A DNA stretch of 64,000 nucleotides from Pseudovirgaria hyperparasitica. Lineage: Eukaryota. Position numbers and translations under genes: made by a program. The notes below the pieces were generated by a model. That model did no database searches, was not told the DNA's origin, and worked only from the letters and a program-made list of their open reading frames with translations. The stretch lies in NCBI GenBank assembly GCA_010093815.1, contig ML996582.1; one strand, 5' to 3'. This document shows positions 49,946 through 62,446 of this stretch, piece by piece (position 1 is the stretch's first letter; each line of letters starts with the position of its first letter).

Positions 49946-52454
49946 CTCCTTGTTAAAACTTAAAATAAAAGAACAAAGCGTGGGAGCGGAAAAGCACTCA
50001 TTCGCTTTCGTCTTCGTCTTTTTCGGTTTAAGGCTGCAGCAAGGCTAAGACTTGGGGGGGGGGCAAGGAGGAGGGGGGGAAGAAGGATGGAGAGTGGATT
50101 GTCGGCTACAACCAATCTAGCGGCGGGCGTGGGTGATGGGAAGACGATTTGCATTAAAGCTGTGGCTGCAAATGGGTCCGTTCGTCTTCCTTGCTAGTTG
50201 GCTTTTATCTTGCGCGGCGGGAAGGATTGTCCGACGCAACAACGAACTCGAGCCTAGGATCGCGCCGAAGCAACAAAGTCGAGTGTTAAGGGGGGGGGGA
50301 GGGGGAGGGAGCGAGGCTTAGATGGGCATGGATTGGCTGTATGTAGGGTGGGTAGGGCCAGTTGGGTAGTAGTAGTGTAGGGCTGGACTGGGCAGCGGGA
50401 CGTTAGGTGGTATAGAGTATAGTACAGTAGTGGGTTATTAGCGGTGCAGTAGTCCGGGCGGTAGGGCAGTGGTTAGGGCGATAGGGCAGTAGGGCTGGCT
50501 GCCACCTCCTCCACCTCCACCTCCTCCACATCCACATCCACCTCCACTTTTCATCATCCACTCACTTTAACTGTAATTAACTTCTTGTCTCGCTGGCTGA
50601 GGGGCTGCTGGTCTGCTGGTCTGCTGGTTGTTGGCGGTTGGATGTCGGCTGCTCTTGCGGGTGAATAAAGGCGAGACCACGGGCAGCCCCTACATACCAC
50701 ACACACTCTCTCTCTCTCTCTCCACACAGCCCACACAAACATACATACACAGCCATTAATTAACCATTAATCATTAACCATTAGCCATCACCCGTCATCC
50801 ATTCGCTATTCCCAGTCGTCGGGTCGACAGGTAACAGGTAACATGCACTGTCCGCTCGCTAATTAATACAAACATAGCAATTTGTCGCGCACCACAACCT
50901 CCTCCAACACATGTGCTCATCGCCCCTCACCAGCTGCACTGGACGCTTCAGCCTTGTCTTGAGCCCTCCTGTGCGCCGCCCAATCACGATCCAGTTGAAA
51001 CCTCTCCTGCACCCTTGCATTTTCTTATAATTGTCAGTGTGTTAGGTGTGTGTCTGTCTGCTGTCTGTGTGTCTGTTTGGGACATGGCGATGGTTACACA
51101 CTGTTTCTTACATTCGGGTCTTGGGCACTTGGGACGCGGACAGGACGGATCCCCCCCTCTGCGTCCTCCCTTCTTCCTACTAATTACCCACTGCAACCTG
51201 AAGTCCTTCCCAAGTCCTTTTCCTTAATTACCTTCTCCACTACCCAATCTCTACCTTTCCACCACTCTGTCCTGCAGTGGCGGCTTCCCTGTCTTCCCCC
51301 GCCGTCTGCGACGTCACTGTCCTACTCAAACCTCCATCATCCCTCCAATCTACACTCATTTCTGCTCCATTCGCCCACCTTGACCGGCGCCCTAACAAAT
51401 CAATCTTGTCCCGACTCCTCTTCACTGCCAGCTGATCTGCATCGCGAACGCTACCATTCGCTTGTCGCACCGCCAATTCCAGATCATCAAATCTTTTGTT
51501 GTGCATCCGCGGTAACCACCTCCATCTACTCATACTCCTTGTTGGGACTGTACCGCGATCCCCACCAAAAACCACACCCCCCTCCCCTAGCTAGCCGCAC
51601 TTAGCCGCGGCCTGCCATTCGCAGCCGGGCCTGTCGCCGTCGCGCTCCAGCGCTTCTCTCCACAAACTCCACCCCGTTCAAGCGACTTGGCATCCTGGCT
51701 TGTCCCATGGGCTTCTCCCCAGTCACACGTTCTCTGCTAACTGACAAGTATTTGAAATCTTTTCCATCGTCGCATCTCATTTCCGCATCGTGAAGGGCCC
51801 TGGATGCTCAGGATGGCCTGACTGGTGATCGAGCTGGACCGTCCGGACGAAATCGGCGGACTCCCAACCCTCTGGATGCTTTCTTTGGTCTTGCCACTCT
51901 TCTCTTTGCTGGTGTACCGGCGGTCACATCTCTGTCCTCTTTGTCTTTCAGCTGGGTCTTGCGGAGCGTTCAACACCGCCAACTCATCAGTAGACATGAA
52001 CACGTTGCGTCGCTGCGATTTTCTCTCTTGAGACAGCTGGGACTGAAATTACGCGATCATGACTGGATATTTCGTCTCGTGCCTGTCCTCCGAGAACATT
52101 TTACCACCGCCTCGTAGAATGGTTTGGACTTGATTCTACTACTTTAAAGCCTATCACTCTTGGTTGGTATGTCGCGTAGGGATGAGTGGACACTTGTATG
52201 ACTTCTCGACCTTCTCTCGACCTTCATGAGTTCCAGACGAATTTCTTTGTATGGTTGGAAGAATATTGCTCACAACTTTACAGGTGATTGCACAAGACGT
52301 CGAATACCGAATATGACATTGTCTCAAAATCTCGTTAACCACATGGCAGCGGATGCACAGTCGCGTGGCTCGTTACCATACCGTGCAACAATAGTATCAG
52401 CTCAACCGCGCACCGCCAATCCTCTGCTTCCAACAAGCTTGCTGCAGGCGTCGC

Positions 52455-52461
52455 TATAAAT
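52455..52461 (+). promoter_or_regulatory. Candidate TATA box
   Basis: TATAAAT about 25 nt upstream of the first strand of the structured region. Confidence 0.4.
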
Positions 52462-52482
52462 CTCAGCACCTTCGAACAAAAG

Positions 52483-53866
52483 ATCACTCGGTATTGCATA
52501 CCTTTTTGCATGGGATTCCTGCAGTGGGCAATGCTGCTGGCGCCAATATTGATCATTTTCGATGTGCGATTTGGCAGAGATGGGCTTCGACCATTGCCGC
52601 GGGATTGAGAGTCGCCCTGCATATGTCCAAACCTCACAGGCGGAAATCTCGCATGGACAGCAGGGTCGTACTGCAGAGTCCGCGCGCCCTGCTGTCCACG
52701 ACCGAGGTACTCGCGCGCTGGCGTCTCTTTACAATCCGCGCGGCTATTTAATGCGAGACGCCGTGCGTGTACATCGCAAACATGCAGCCCTAGCGCTTAG
52801 CGGGCGGCAATATGGACCCGACACTGTGGGTCACGACCGCGCGCGTATGGAAGCGCTATTGAGCGCGCGAACGGTGCTTTTACGTTCTGATCTGTCGTAA
52901 CAGGCGCTTATCAGACGCATGTAACCGCTGCTTACGCCCGCCATCCTAGTAGCGCTGTGCCTGACCAGAGGGGGGTCTCTGACTGACAGACAGGAGCAAA
53001 CAAAGTAAGCTTAACCTTCATCCTAGTACTGCAACGGGTGCTACCCAACGGTTTTGTGCGTCGCAAGTACCGCCTTCACATTCCGACGTCCTCAAAAACA
53101 TTTCCCAGACGCGATTTGCGAGAGCAATTGGAATGGCGCTTTGGGAACATTCCAATGTTTACTTGGGCCCAAAAATACATCCCGAGTCGAACGGCTGCCG
53201 GTCCTTGTTGTTTGCTAGCTGCTGTGTCCTGCCCATACCTGGCATGGTCGTAGTTCGGTTGCGTCTGCAGCAAACACTATGGGTAAGCGAAGCGACACAG
53301 GCTGATACCGCCAAACCGAAATTATTAAAATGCTCCGTTTGAGCCTTCTTACTAGACATCGCCCGACACGAGATGCAACTTGTGATACAGCCATCTTTAT
53401 CGTGTCGTTCAATGAAGCTTCTACGCCGTAGTCTCGTGGCACGTTCCATTCCCGCCTCGGAGAGCCGCATTGCGTACAACACACTGCGCCGTATACGATC
53501 CCGAGGCCTTGAACGCAGCCACGATCTGAGACTTGAACCCTCTCTAATCACTTATTGACACATCCTGGACGCATCGCCTCGCCTGCCTGTCCGATGCGTC
53601 TGGACCTCGCAGGTTCAGAGCTGCATGCTGCTTTACAGCACGTTCTTCTCGCCTCGCATCACACGTCGCGTGCAGATGAATTCGTGAGGGATGGTCCTGG
53701 ACCGGAAATGTACGGTTCTGGCCCGCTCGTATGATCCCGCGATCCCGCGATCCCGCGACCCAGGAAGCTGTTCTCACTACTTGCCTCTTTCTCAAGGAAA
53801 CCTGTCATAACCAGGTGTATTAGAGCAGGCTGATTCTGTCTAGCCATCTTCGCAATCGCGTCCAAT
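52483..53866 (+). ncRNA. Candidate large structured non-coding RNA (~1.4 kb), identity unresolved
   Basis: Dense nested inverted repeats, for example 52654-65/52687-98 (12 bp perfect), 52720-27/52755-62, 53106-16/53257-67, 53127-35/53148-56, 53430-60/53501-33 and 53566-76/53592-602. Many mismatches are G-U on the + strand. No credible ORF. Confidence 0.6.
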
Positions 53867-54469
53867 GTGAGGCTCTAATGGATCAACCCGGTGCTTAGTA
53901 GATCGGCACTCTGCTAAGATCTGTCAGTTAGCGCTTCCCACCTTGTGGGCAGGCCCTCCAGCACTGTTTGTTGGACACATTGATGTTCTCTCTCTCTCTC
54001 TTCTCTATCTATCTCATCTCTCTCCTCAGCAGTCGCTGTGTAATTAACAGATACACCACCCATTATCTAACCACTCCCTCATCCCTGCGAAGTATCCATC
54101 CTATGCGCTTCGTTGCTTTGCCTGACCCTATGTTCCATGTTTTTTTTTTCGCGCGACAGGACATCCTCGTCGCGCACCGTGTGAAATCACACACCTACTA
54201 ATCTGACCCCCAAATTAACAAACACCACACCACTTTCACCATATCGCCCCTCGAAGCTCGAGCCTTTCCTGCAGCTAGCCTCCTCTAGTTCCTGAATAGC
54301 GTTTTCATGCTTTGTGCCTTTCCAATGGGGCTCAAAGGCTAAGAAAAAAAAACGGAGATAAATATGCCTGCCGGCGTTTCGGCTGCTTTTAAGCTTCCGA
54401 CGGACTACGACTGCTCTCTTACCTATTACCACCACCATAACCAACCATTAGCTACACTACACTACCTAG

Positions 54470-54549
54470 ACTCGGCGGCGAGCGCAGAACGGACCGATCG
54501 ACCAACCGACCGACCGACCGACCGGGTGGGGCAGAAGGCAAGGCAGAAG

Positions 54550-54600
<51 letters not shown>

Positions 54601-55210
54601 ACAGCGGGATTGACATTACATTACATTGCATTGCATTCTGTGCTTGCTTACTGGACTGCTCTGTCGGTTTCATCATGTATCTGCTAGGTAGGTAGGTAGG
54701 TAGGTAGGTAGGTAGGTGGCTAGCTAGATATCGTGTGTTTGTTGCTAGGATTCCTGGGAGGAAGGGAAGGGAAGGGGAGGGAAGGGAAGGGAAGGGAAGG
54801 GAAGGTAGAACAGCTTGTAAGAAAATCAATTGCCGATATAACAAGTCGAAAACTTGAAGAAAGGACAGATGTATGTATATATATGTGAGATTACGTTTTT
54901 ATTATACTTGGGGGTTATGGGGGTACTTTTCCGTCTTTCTTTCTTTCCTTTCTTTCTGCTTGTCTTGGTTTTTTTGGTCGTGTTGTATGAGGGATGAATG
55001 AATGAATGAGTGAGCGATAGGGCGTTAATTTTCGGTGGAGTTCCTTGGGATGGGAGTTATTTAGGTATGACGGTTTGATGGATGGATGGATTGATATATA
55101 TATATATATGGTTTGGATCTAGGTAGGTAGGTAGGTAGGTGATGATGCAAAATGGTTTATATTCATTTATCCATACAGCTTCGGTGACTTCTTTCTCTCT
55201 CTCTCTCTCT
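54470..55210. repeat. Compound microsatellite cluster: (CCGA)n, (GCAG)13, (TAGG)8, (GGGAA)n, (GAAT)n, (AT)n, (CT)n
   Basis: Directly visible arrays, for example GCAG 54549-54600, TAGG 54685-54716, GGGAA ~54759-54803. Confidence 0.95.
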
Positions 55211-55342
55211 CCCTATGCCTCTGCTATGCAGCCTTTCTTTCTACCTCAGGTACATCTACCTTTCACGAACAATGCAGATATACGAACGCATACACACACG
55301 CGTACACAAGCTATAAGAACCCCATCTACCCCAACCCGCTCA

Positions 55343-56623
55343 TCAGATGAAATCACCATCGCCAAAGCCCCCAAACGGATTCGGCGGCCGTCCACCCATG
55401 CCACCGCCCCCACCAGGAAACCTCCCACCACCTCCCATCATCCTATCCCTTGGCGCACCCCCAGGTCCTACAGGATCATATCTCGCCCCAGGCGGCGCAC
55501 TGGGGTCATACCCGCCTAACCCTCCTCCCGCACCGCCGCCGCCGCCAAACAAGGGATCGTCAAAGGTCGGATGCATGCCTCCGCCCATGCCCCCTGGCCG
55601 CGGCAGTCCACCGCCGAAGCCAGGCCGTATTGGATCGTTCGGACCTAAGCCCGGCGGATAGAGATCGTCGTGTCCGATGCTGAAGGGTGCGCGAGCACCA
55701 CCACCACCCGGTTGCGGGAGGCGTCCTGGGCCGCGGAGGATTTCGTGCTCGTCGTCGAAGCCGGGGATGGGTTCGGGGAGGGGACGGGATGTGCCGCGCG
55801 GAGGCATGGCGAGGGGGTCGTCGAAGGGGTGAGGGCGTGCCGGCTGTGGTAGGTATGTGTCGCGGAGGGGCTGCCGGTCGTGGCGGGCTGGAGCGTCGCG
55901 GCGCTGGTCTTGTGCTGATGGTGCCGTTGTTGTTGTTGTGGATGTGGACGCTGTGGGTTGCTGCTCTTCCGAGTACCCCGGCTTTGTGATTCCCGGTGCG
56001 AGTTTCTGGATGACGGCGACTTTGAAGAGGGCGCTGAGGTCCATCAGACGGCCGGACGAGATGAAGACGTCCGTGATTGTTTTGCGCGGGTCTGCGGTGT
56101 CGGAGGGTGTGCTTGGCAGGCTTGATTCGGAGAGGAAGTCCTTGATTATGACCTCGCAGGACGCGGTGCGGTCGTCGCCTACACCTTCGCCGTGGATCAT
56201 GGCTTTGTTTCTGAATTGGTTGACTTGGATCTCAAATCTCATGGCCGATTGGGCGTGTGCGTATGTGAAAGCATATGATTCCCGTGGGCCCTCTTCTGTT
56301 CCGTCGCTCCGTATCCTCGTATTCCACGTCTTCGGCAGTCGTTGTGTGTCGGCGTTGTCGGAGCTGATCTCGTTCTCTGTCCCAATCGTCCTTAGTCTTC
56401 ATTGGGATATACTGTCCGAGCTATAGGACTTACCAAGCTTCTGGTCTTTGCCCAGGGCTACCAGCCGAAATCCAACGGCTATCATGCATGCGTTGACTGC
56501 AAGTGCGACTGCTTCATGTCCATTGCGGAGCTGTGGCGATGCATCTGACGGCAAACTCGCGGCCATGAAGGCTGCGAGCGAGCCGGCACTGAGCGGATTG
56601 CCCGCCGTATTGGGCAGGACCAT
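55343..56623 (-). CDS. PI31 proteasome regulator (PSMF1/Fub1-like)
   Basis: Exons 56623-56434 and 56376-55343 (intron GTAAGT...CAG). N-terminal domain HEAVALAVNACMIAVGFRL, YAFTYAHAQSAMRF. Pro/Gly-rich tail IGHDDLYPPG, GGMHPTFDDPLF, PPGARYDPVGP; C-terminal DFI. Confidence 0.92.
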
Positions 56624-57147
56624 GGTTCGAATGGCGTAGTTGCAATGAATCCGAATATGGACTTGGGTGCGGAGGAAAAAGAGCCTGCTGCTTCATGAGA
56701 TATCCGTAGCTTCAGCTCAAGGCAGACAGTGGTGACGTCGGGCCGCGGGTGGGACACAAATGTGGGGAGCTTGATGCCCGGAGCTAAGCCGCGCCTCAGC
56801 CTCGAATATAGCTGCATTCAAGGCGAAGATAGTGTTTGTGTGAAATGCGCCTTGTCTATCCATCTCCCTTCGGATGTGGTTTAATCGAACAGTAACGTTA
56901 TTAATATCGATATCTCTAACAAGCTATGTAGTCATGCGGTCCACCTCATACACACAAATCAATCGAGGTCGCATACCCTGGGTAACTGGAATGGTCTCAC
57001 ATACTGCATAGTAAACCAAACAATAACGCCGGATAATGCTATGTAACGGCAGTTCATAAGAGTCAATGTCTGCTCAAAAGCCTTGCAAGCGATTGTCAAC
57101 GCGTTCAATATGGCGCCTGGAGTCTCTTAAGGGGTATATTAATTAAA

Positions 57148-58638
57148 TCAATCATCTAACATGGACCGTCCGAGGATGTCGCTACTGCCAATAATGCTAT
57201 GATACACGTCAGTGGTAATATGATTGGACGCCAGGCACGACTCACGAATGACTTTTTACCAGCGTTCCCTCGCCGCCTTTCTCAAGGTCGATATTGAAGA
57301 CATAGTAGTTGCCCTCGCTCGTAACGACCATGACTTGTGGACCGTTGTTGCTCAATGCAACTACAGAGCGTACCGGCCCGGTGTTGGATGGGTTTTGTGA
57401 TCTGGGGATTTTCACCCAGGCAAAGTCTCGCGACGGCTCCCAGATCTCTGCTACAGCACTTGGTAGGTAACCACCTACAGTGGCTGCGAAAGTTTTTCCA
57501 ACATTTTGAGATGTCCGTCGGATCATGCTCGCAAATGTCGGATTCAAGGCTTTTCGATCGTGTGTCGTGTCCACCCCACTGGCGTCCATTAATGAGTTGT
57601 ACCTTGTCTCTTCGCTGCTAGGGCTTGAGCTACGCCCATCTACCGAAGACTTGGTAAGATCTGATATCGAGGTGATACTGCTTCCTCGTGTGTGTCGAGC
57701 AGCAGCTGACAAGCGGAATATATGAACAGTATCGCTTGCCGACGACACACACAATAATGTGGACGTTGAGTTGAGAGACATGCTCTGGATTGTGGAAGGC
57801 ATCGAACCACGCCGGAACTGGAACAGTTTTTGGGCATCCGGTACAGAAAAAACTCTTATGATCGTGCCCTTTTCTGATGCCGTTGCCAGAAGCGATCCCT
57901 CGTTATTCAAAGCCACGCAGGATAATGGTGTCTGGTGGGCTTGGATAACATTGACTGCCTCTTTCCTTGTTGCGTCATATATCAGAACCTCTCCAGAGGA
58001 TGGTGTTACGTGCCCTTGACTCGGAGGAGCATGTGATGGTGGTGTATAGGCGGAGGAGGAGGCTTTCTGTGGCAAGGGATAAACGAGATAGTTGTTGTCG
58101 GAGGAAGGAGATAACGCGCAGATAGCTGTAGCGCTGTGAGCCGGGCCTCTAAAAGCGCGCAGAGATATGCATACCATTTGGATTGGGCGAGGTGTCTAAT
58201 GCGCCGAGATGGGTCATATTACTGATATCGTATAGGTGTATTGTTCCTTCCATCACAACCACCAGGCGTTTCCTATTCATTCTGACGGCCAAAATCCTCG
58301 AAGGAAACGTGAGCTCGCATATCGTAGAATGTCTCTGTATGGAATTAGCCTCACTGGCGGCAGTATTCCACGACAAACGCCAGCTACCTTTGTATTCTGT
58401 ATTCGGAGAAGTCGCGGTGACAGGCTTATCGCAACAAGTGAAGTGGAGAATAGCATCTCGAGGAGGGCAATATCACCCTCCTCAGTTTCGAAGCATTTTG
58501 AGAAAGGTTCGGTAGAGTAGAGCCTGAAACCCTTGGTAGTACCTTGGTTGTGGAGTTAGAGAGTGCTGTAAGCTGGGAGTCAGCCAACTTACCAACACCA
58601 AGAAGTGTACGGTCCTGGTTGAACGTGACGAAGTTCAT
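57148..58638 (-). CDS. ATG18: Autophagy protein Atg18 (PROPPIN WD40 propeller)
   Basis: MNFVTFNQD start; [38 protein letters not shown] phosphoinositide-binding motif, WEPSRDFAW. Spliced last exon ends with TGA at 57148. Confidence 0.95.
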
Positions 58639-59008
58639 TGCAAACACGAGTACTTCCGCAGTCGGATAAGCTTGGTTGGATAGACAGGTTCTGAGGCAGT
58701 GTAGGCAGATGCGCGTTGGTATGTAATTATAGAAAAGTCACCGTAGGGCGACAGACGTCAAGCAGACCATAGAGTTGTATGTTCACGATGTGTATTTTGC
58801 CTGGATAGGCAGCTTTGAAGTGGCTGGTGAAGACATCATTCGCAGTCTGCCCTGCATGAGCTCTGCGTGGGCCTGCATGATCCGTGCTCTACCAGCGGGG
58901 CTGGGTGGGCTGGCTGGCAGAACTTCGGCACGTCATCGAAAATCTTCGACACCTTAATTAGTAGAGATGCTATTGTGACTCTTTCTAGCCAGCATTGTTT
59001 CATTCGAG

Positions 59009-62000
59009 ATGCCCAGTCTTGATCAAAGTGGTATGGCAGCACCATGCGTGGAAACACCAGCTGGCGCCTCGGCAGAGAAACGCAGAATAGCAAAGGCTGC
59101 ACGTTTGAGAAGGATCAAGCAACAGGAGGACGACAGTATTATGGGTGTAAGTAAGTCTATGGACCTCCTCATGACCAGCATGGGCTGACTGGCCTAGACA
59201 AATGATAGTAGTATTGTATCAAAGAGGAGCGTTTCTAAGCTGTACTACCCTGATGAGCCCGACTTCTACGAACCCGTGACTGCAAGGTTTCAAAGGAGAC
59301 ATCCCCTAATAAACCGTGGCTACTGGCTACGTATGCAAGCTGTGGAACATACTGTATTACAATTCCTTGATGAGAATCAAGGAAGTCCCAAGGCGGTCGT
59401 GAATCTTGGCTGTGGATAGTAAGGTGCTTGTATATTTCGTGGACTAGTCTTACACACAACAGCGATCCATTACCATGGCAATTCTGGCATAGATACCCTA
59501 CGAGGTGTGAGGGAACGCTTTTTGTTGATGTTGACTACCCGGATCTTATTCGGAAAAAAGAGTCGTTCATTTCTCGTAGCCCCTTACTTCAACAGGAAGT
59601 ACCAGCTCTGTCCAGCGTGGGCCCTGAGAGTAACACGGTTCTCACCTGCGGCGAAAAGTATGCTCTCGTTGGCTGTGACCTCCGGGAACTGAAGCAATTC
59701 GAGAAATTGCTTTTGGAAATTCTCAATCTGCGTGGAACAAGCATTCTCTTCATTGCAGAAGTCTCGATGACGTATATGCGAGTTGATGATGCAGATGCGT
59801 TGATTAGATGGGCGAATACCATTGAGCATGGTATAGACTGTCTGATATGCTTGCATATGGAGCTAACAGTGTATAGCACAGTTCTGCATGTTAGAGCAGT
59901 ACCTTCCGGATGGGTCTAGTCACCCCTTCGCAGCTACAATGCTTGCGCATTTTAACAAGCTCGGCACTCCGCTACAGGCCATACCGCGATATCCAAGACT
60001 TGAAGACCACCGGGAAAGATTTGGAAGACTCGGCTGGCCTAGTGTGCAGGTACAAAGTCTCTGGACTTTGTGGAACAACCTTCAGATAGTAAAGACACAC
60101 CAACGGCATTCACTCGACATTGCGGAACCTTTTGATGAGTGGGAAGAGTTTGCTCTTTTTGCAGGCCACTACTTCCTGCTGATCGCGTCAAATGGACCCT
60201 TGCGTACGAAATTGGAATGCTCAGACGAAACCGGGACGCCCAAGATTTCTGCCACGGATGCGGTGGAAGAGCCACGAAAGGCTTTATCTTTCTCTCCAAT
60301 CGAGTTTACCGATAAAGCGAAGTATGGAACGAATGCAGGTGTCCGTCGGTTTGCGGCGTGTGTGAGGAGCCAGAACGAGGTCGTTTGTTCCGGTGGCCTT
60401 GGTGCACATGGTCGACTAACATCCGAAGACGTCTGGTCCAGGGGCCTGGAAGTACCAGGAACAGATACGCCTATCCGGTGGACTTTGACCGAGAGACAAA
60501 GCAACATGCCTGAGTCTCGTGTGAGCCACACTATCACAAAGCTTGGGAACAAATCGAACGGGACCTTGCTCATGGCTGGTGGAAGATCTTCCCCCAAGAC
60601 CGTGTTCGAAGACTGTTATCAATTTGAGGATAACCAATGGTCGCTGTGTGGTACATTGCAGCCTGGCCGCTTCAGACACTGTGTCGTTCCTACTTCTACC
60701 GGAATCCTAACGACAGGTGGGAAGACTGCAGCAGGAGAAGTACTCAGTGAATGGAGGTACTGGTCGAAGCTTGCGGGATGGGTAAAAATCACATTGCGTG
60801 AAAAGGACCACGTCCCTCCTGCCCGATTTGGCGGTGTCATGTGCCGGAGACCTGGAGGTGATAGAGGAATTCTCTTTGGGGGCATGGACAAGAATGGAAT
60901 AGTCCTGACAGACATGTGGGAATGGCAATTTAATCTTACGGAACAGGGCCCGCAGGTGTCTTGTAGGCCAATTTCTGTTAGCATCGCCCAAGCCATAGAA
61001 GGGGCTAATTATAGTCGATTCGGCGCAAACCTCATTGCCGTCCCTGGTTCCAGTCAGCACTCTCCTGTATCATCTGCCAGCTACAGCTTTATGCTTGTTG
61101 GGGGTATTAGCCACAATGGCGTTATACCCGCGTCTGAGGAAATTGTTTGGCTTAATTTCGTCGAAAGACTAATAGAAGATGCCGTTCACCCTTCGGCCTG
61201 CAGAGTCCTAACAAAAGGGTGCTACCAACGTCTCCCGGCTACGTCCATCAGGAATCCTCGACCACTTCTCATTGGATGTGCAGCAACAAAAGTTTCTGAC
61301 GATCAAGATATACAAATCTCAGAAATTGAAGGCGTTCACGAAGAATACGATATCGCTCATATGTACGAAGTTCTCATCTGCGGCGGGGGTGCCGTATGCT
61401 TCTCTTTTGGTAGCTTCCATAATCGAACAAGCTACTCATTAGTAGAAGATTTTGGTACACTAGGACGCAAGAATATATTGCGTTCACCGCATGTATACGA
61501 TGCGCAGAAGGTCTATGGTGGCATCCCTCAGGTTGAGGAGATCAAGGTCAACACCAAGGAAGATTTTGATATGATCGTTACCAATGCAAAACCCGTCATC
61601 ATCCGTGGGTCTGATGTAGGCTCTTGTACCGAATTATGGACGCACGAGTACTTGGTTGAGCATATTGGTGCCGAAACAGAGATCATAGTCCATTCATGCC
61701 CAAACAATCGCATGACTTTCTCACAGAAGAACTTTTCATACGTCAAACAGGCCTTTGGCGACTTTATCAAGGCCATTCAATCAGGCGAGAAACTATACCT
61801 CCGTTCAGTCTCAAATAAGCAGCCCTTCAAACAACCGACGAAGCTCGACCTGGACTTCCCAGGTCTTGCCGCAGACTTCCAGCTTCCAGGTGCATTGCAG
61901 CGAGTCAAGGATGCATTGCATAGCTCGCCACTGAGGATATCTGGCCCTGTCAGGCTCTGGCTCCATTATGATGTACTAGCAAACGTTCTATGCCAGGTTC

Positions 62001-62446
62001 GTGGGACAAAGACCATAAGGCTGTATCCGCCAGGCGATGTTGATCTTCTTGGTTTTGGACCGGGGTCATCAAGTTCAAATATCGATGTATTTGGTACTGA
62101 AATAATTCCTCATACATGTCCTGTCGATGCAAAGTTACAACCTGGCGACATCTTATACATACCTCCAATGTGGATGCATGGAGCCATGCCAACAGCAGGA
62201 AACAGTGTCGCAGTGAATTGTTTCTTCAGAAACCTGGAGACGGGCTATGCGATGGGCAAAGACGTGTACGGCAATCGAGACCTACAATCGTACGAACAAG
62301 GACGAAGAGATGTCGAAAAGTTGGTACGATCGTTCGATGGGATACCCAGGGACATTCGACGATTCTATCTTCAGCGGTTGGCGGCTGAGTTGCGATCTCA
62401 TGCTGGGGGCGAAGAGTGTGTCGAGGCCGAGGAGGATCAGCATTGA
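59009..62446 (+). CDS. PPM2: tRNA wybutosine-synthesizing protein 4 / leucine carboxyl methyltransferase 2, with Kelch repeats and C-terminal JmjC domain
   Basis: Spliced DDSIMG|TNDSSIVSKRSV, RRHPLINRGYWLRM, VVNLGCG, FVDVDYP, AEVSMTYM, EPFDEWEEF. Kelch GG repeats. JmjC WLHYD...PPMWMH. The start codon could alternatively be 59033. Confidence 0.93.

Noticed and set aside
49791..50048. Poly-Ile ORF
   Set aside because: Translation of the (CAT)18 microsatellite.
52483..53866. Firm assignment as canonical telomerase RNA, RNase MRP, U3, SRP or spliceosomal snRNA
   Set aside because: I could not find a TAACCCTAA template, the GAAAGTCCCC/GGGGCTTA MRP pair, or snRNA/SRP signature sequences. It is kept only as an unassigned structured RNA candidate.
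54364..55519. ORFs of 107-130 aa with repetitive peptides (QAGR, PACL, LPFPS)
   Set aside because: Products of simple sequence repeats.
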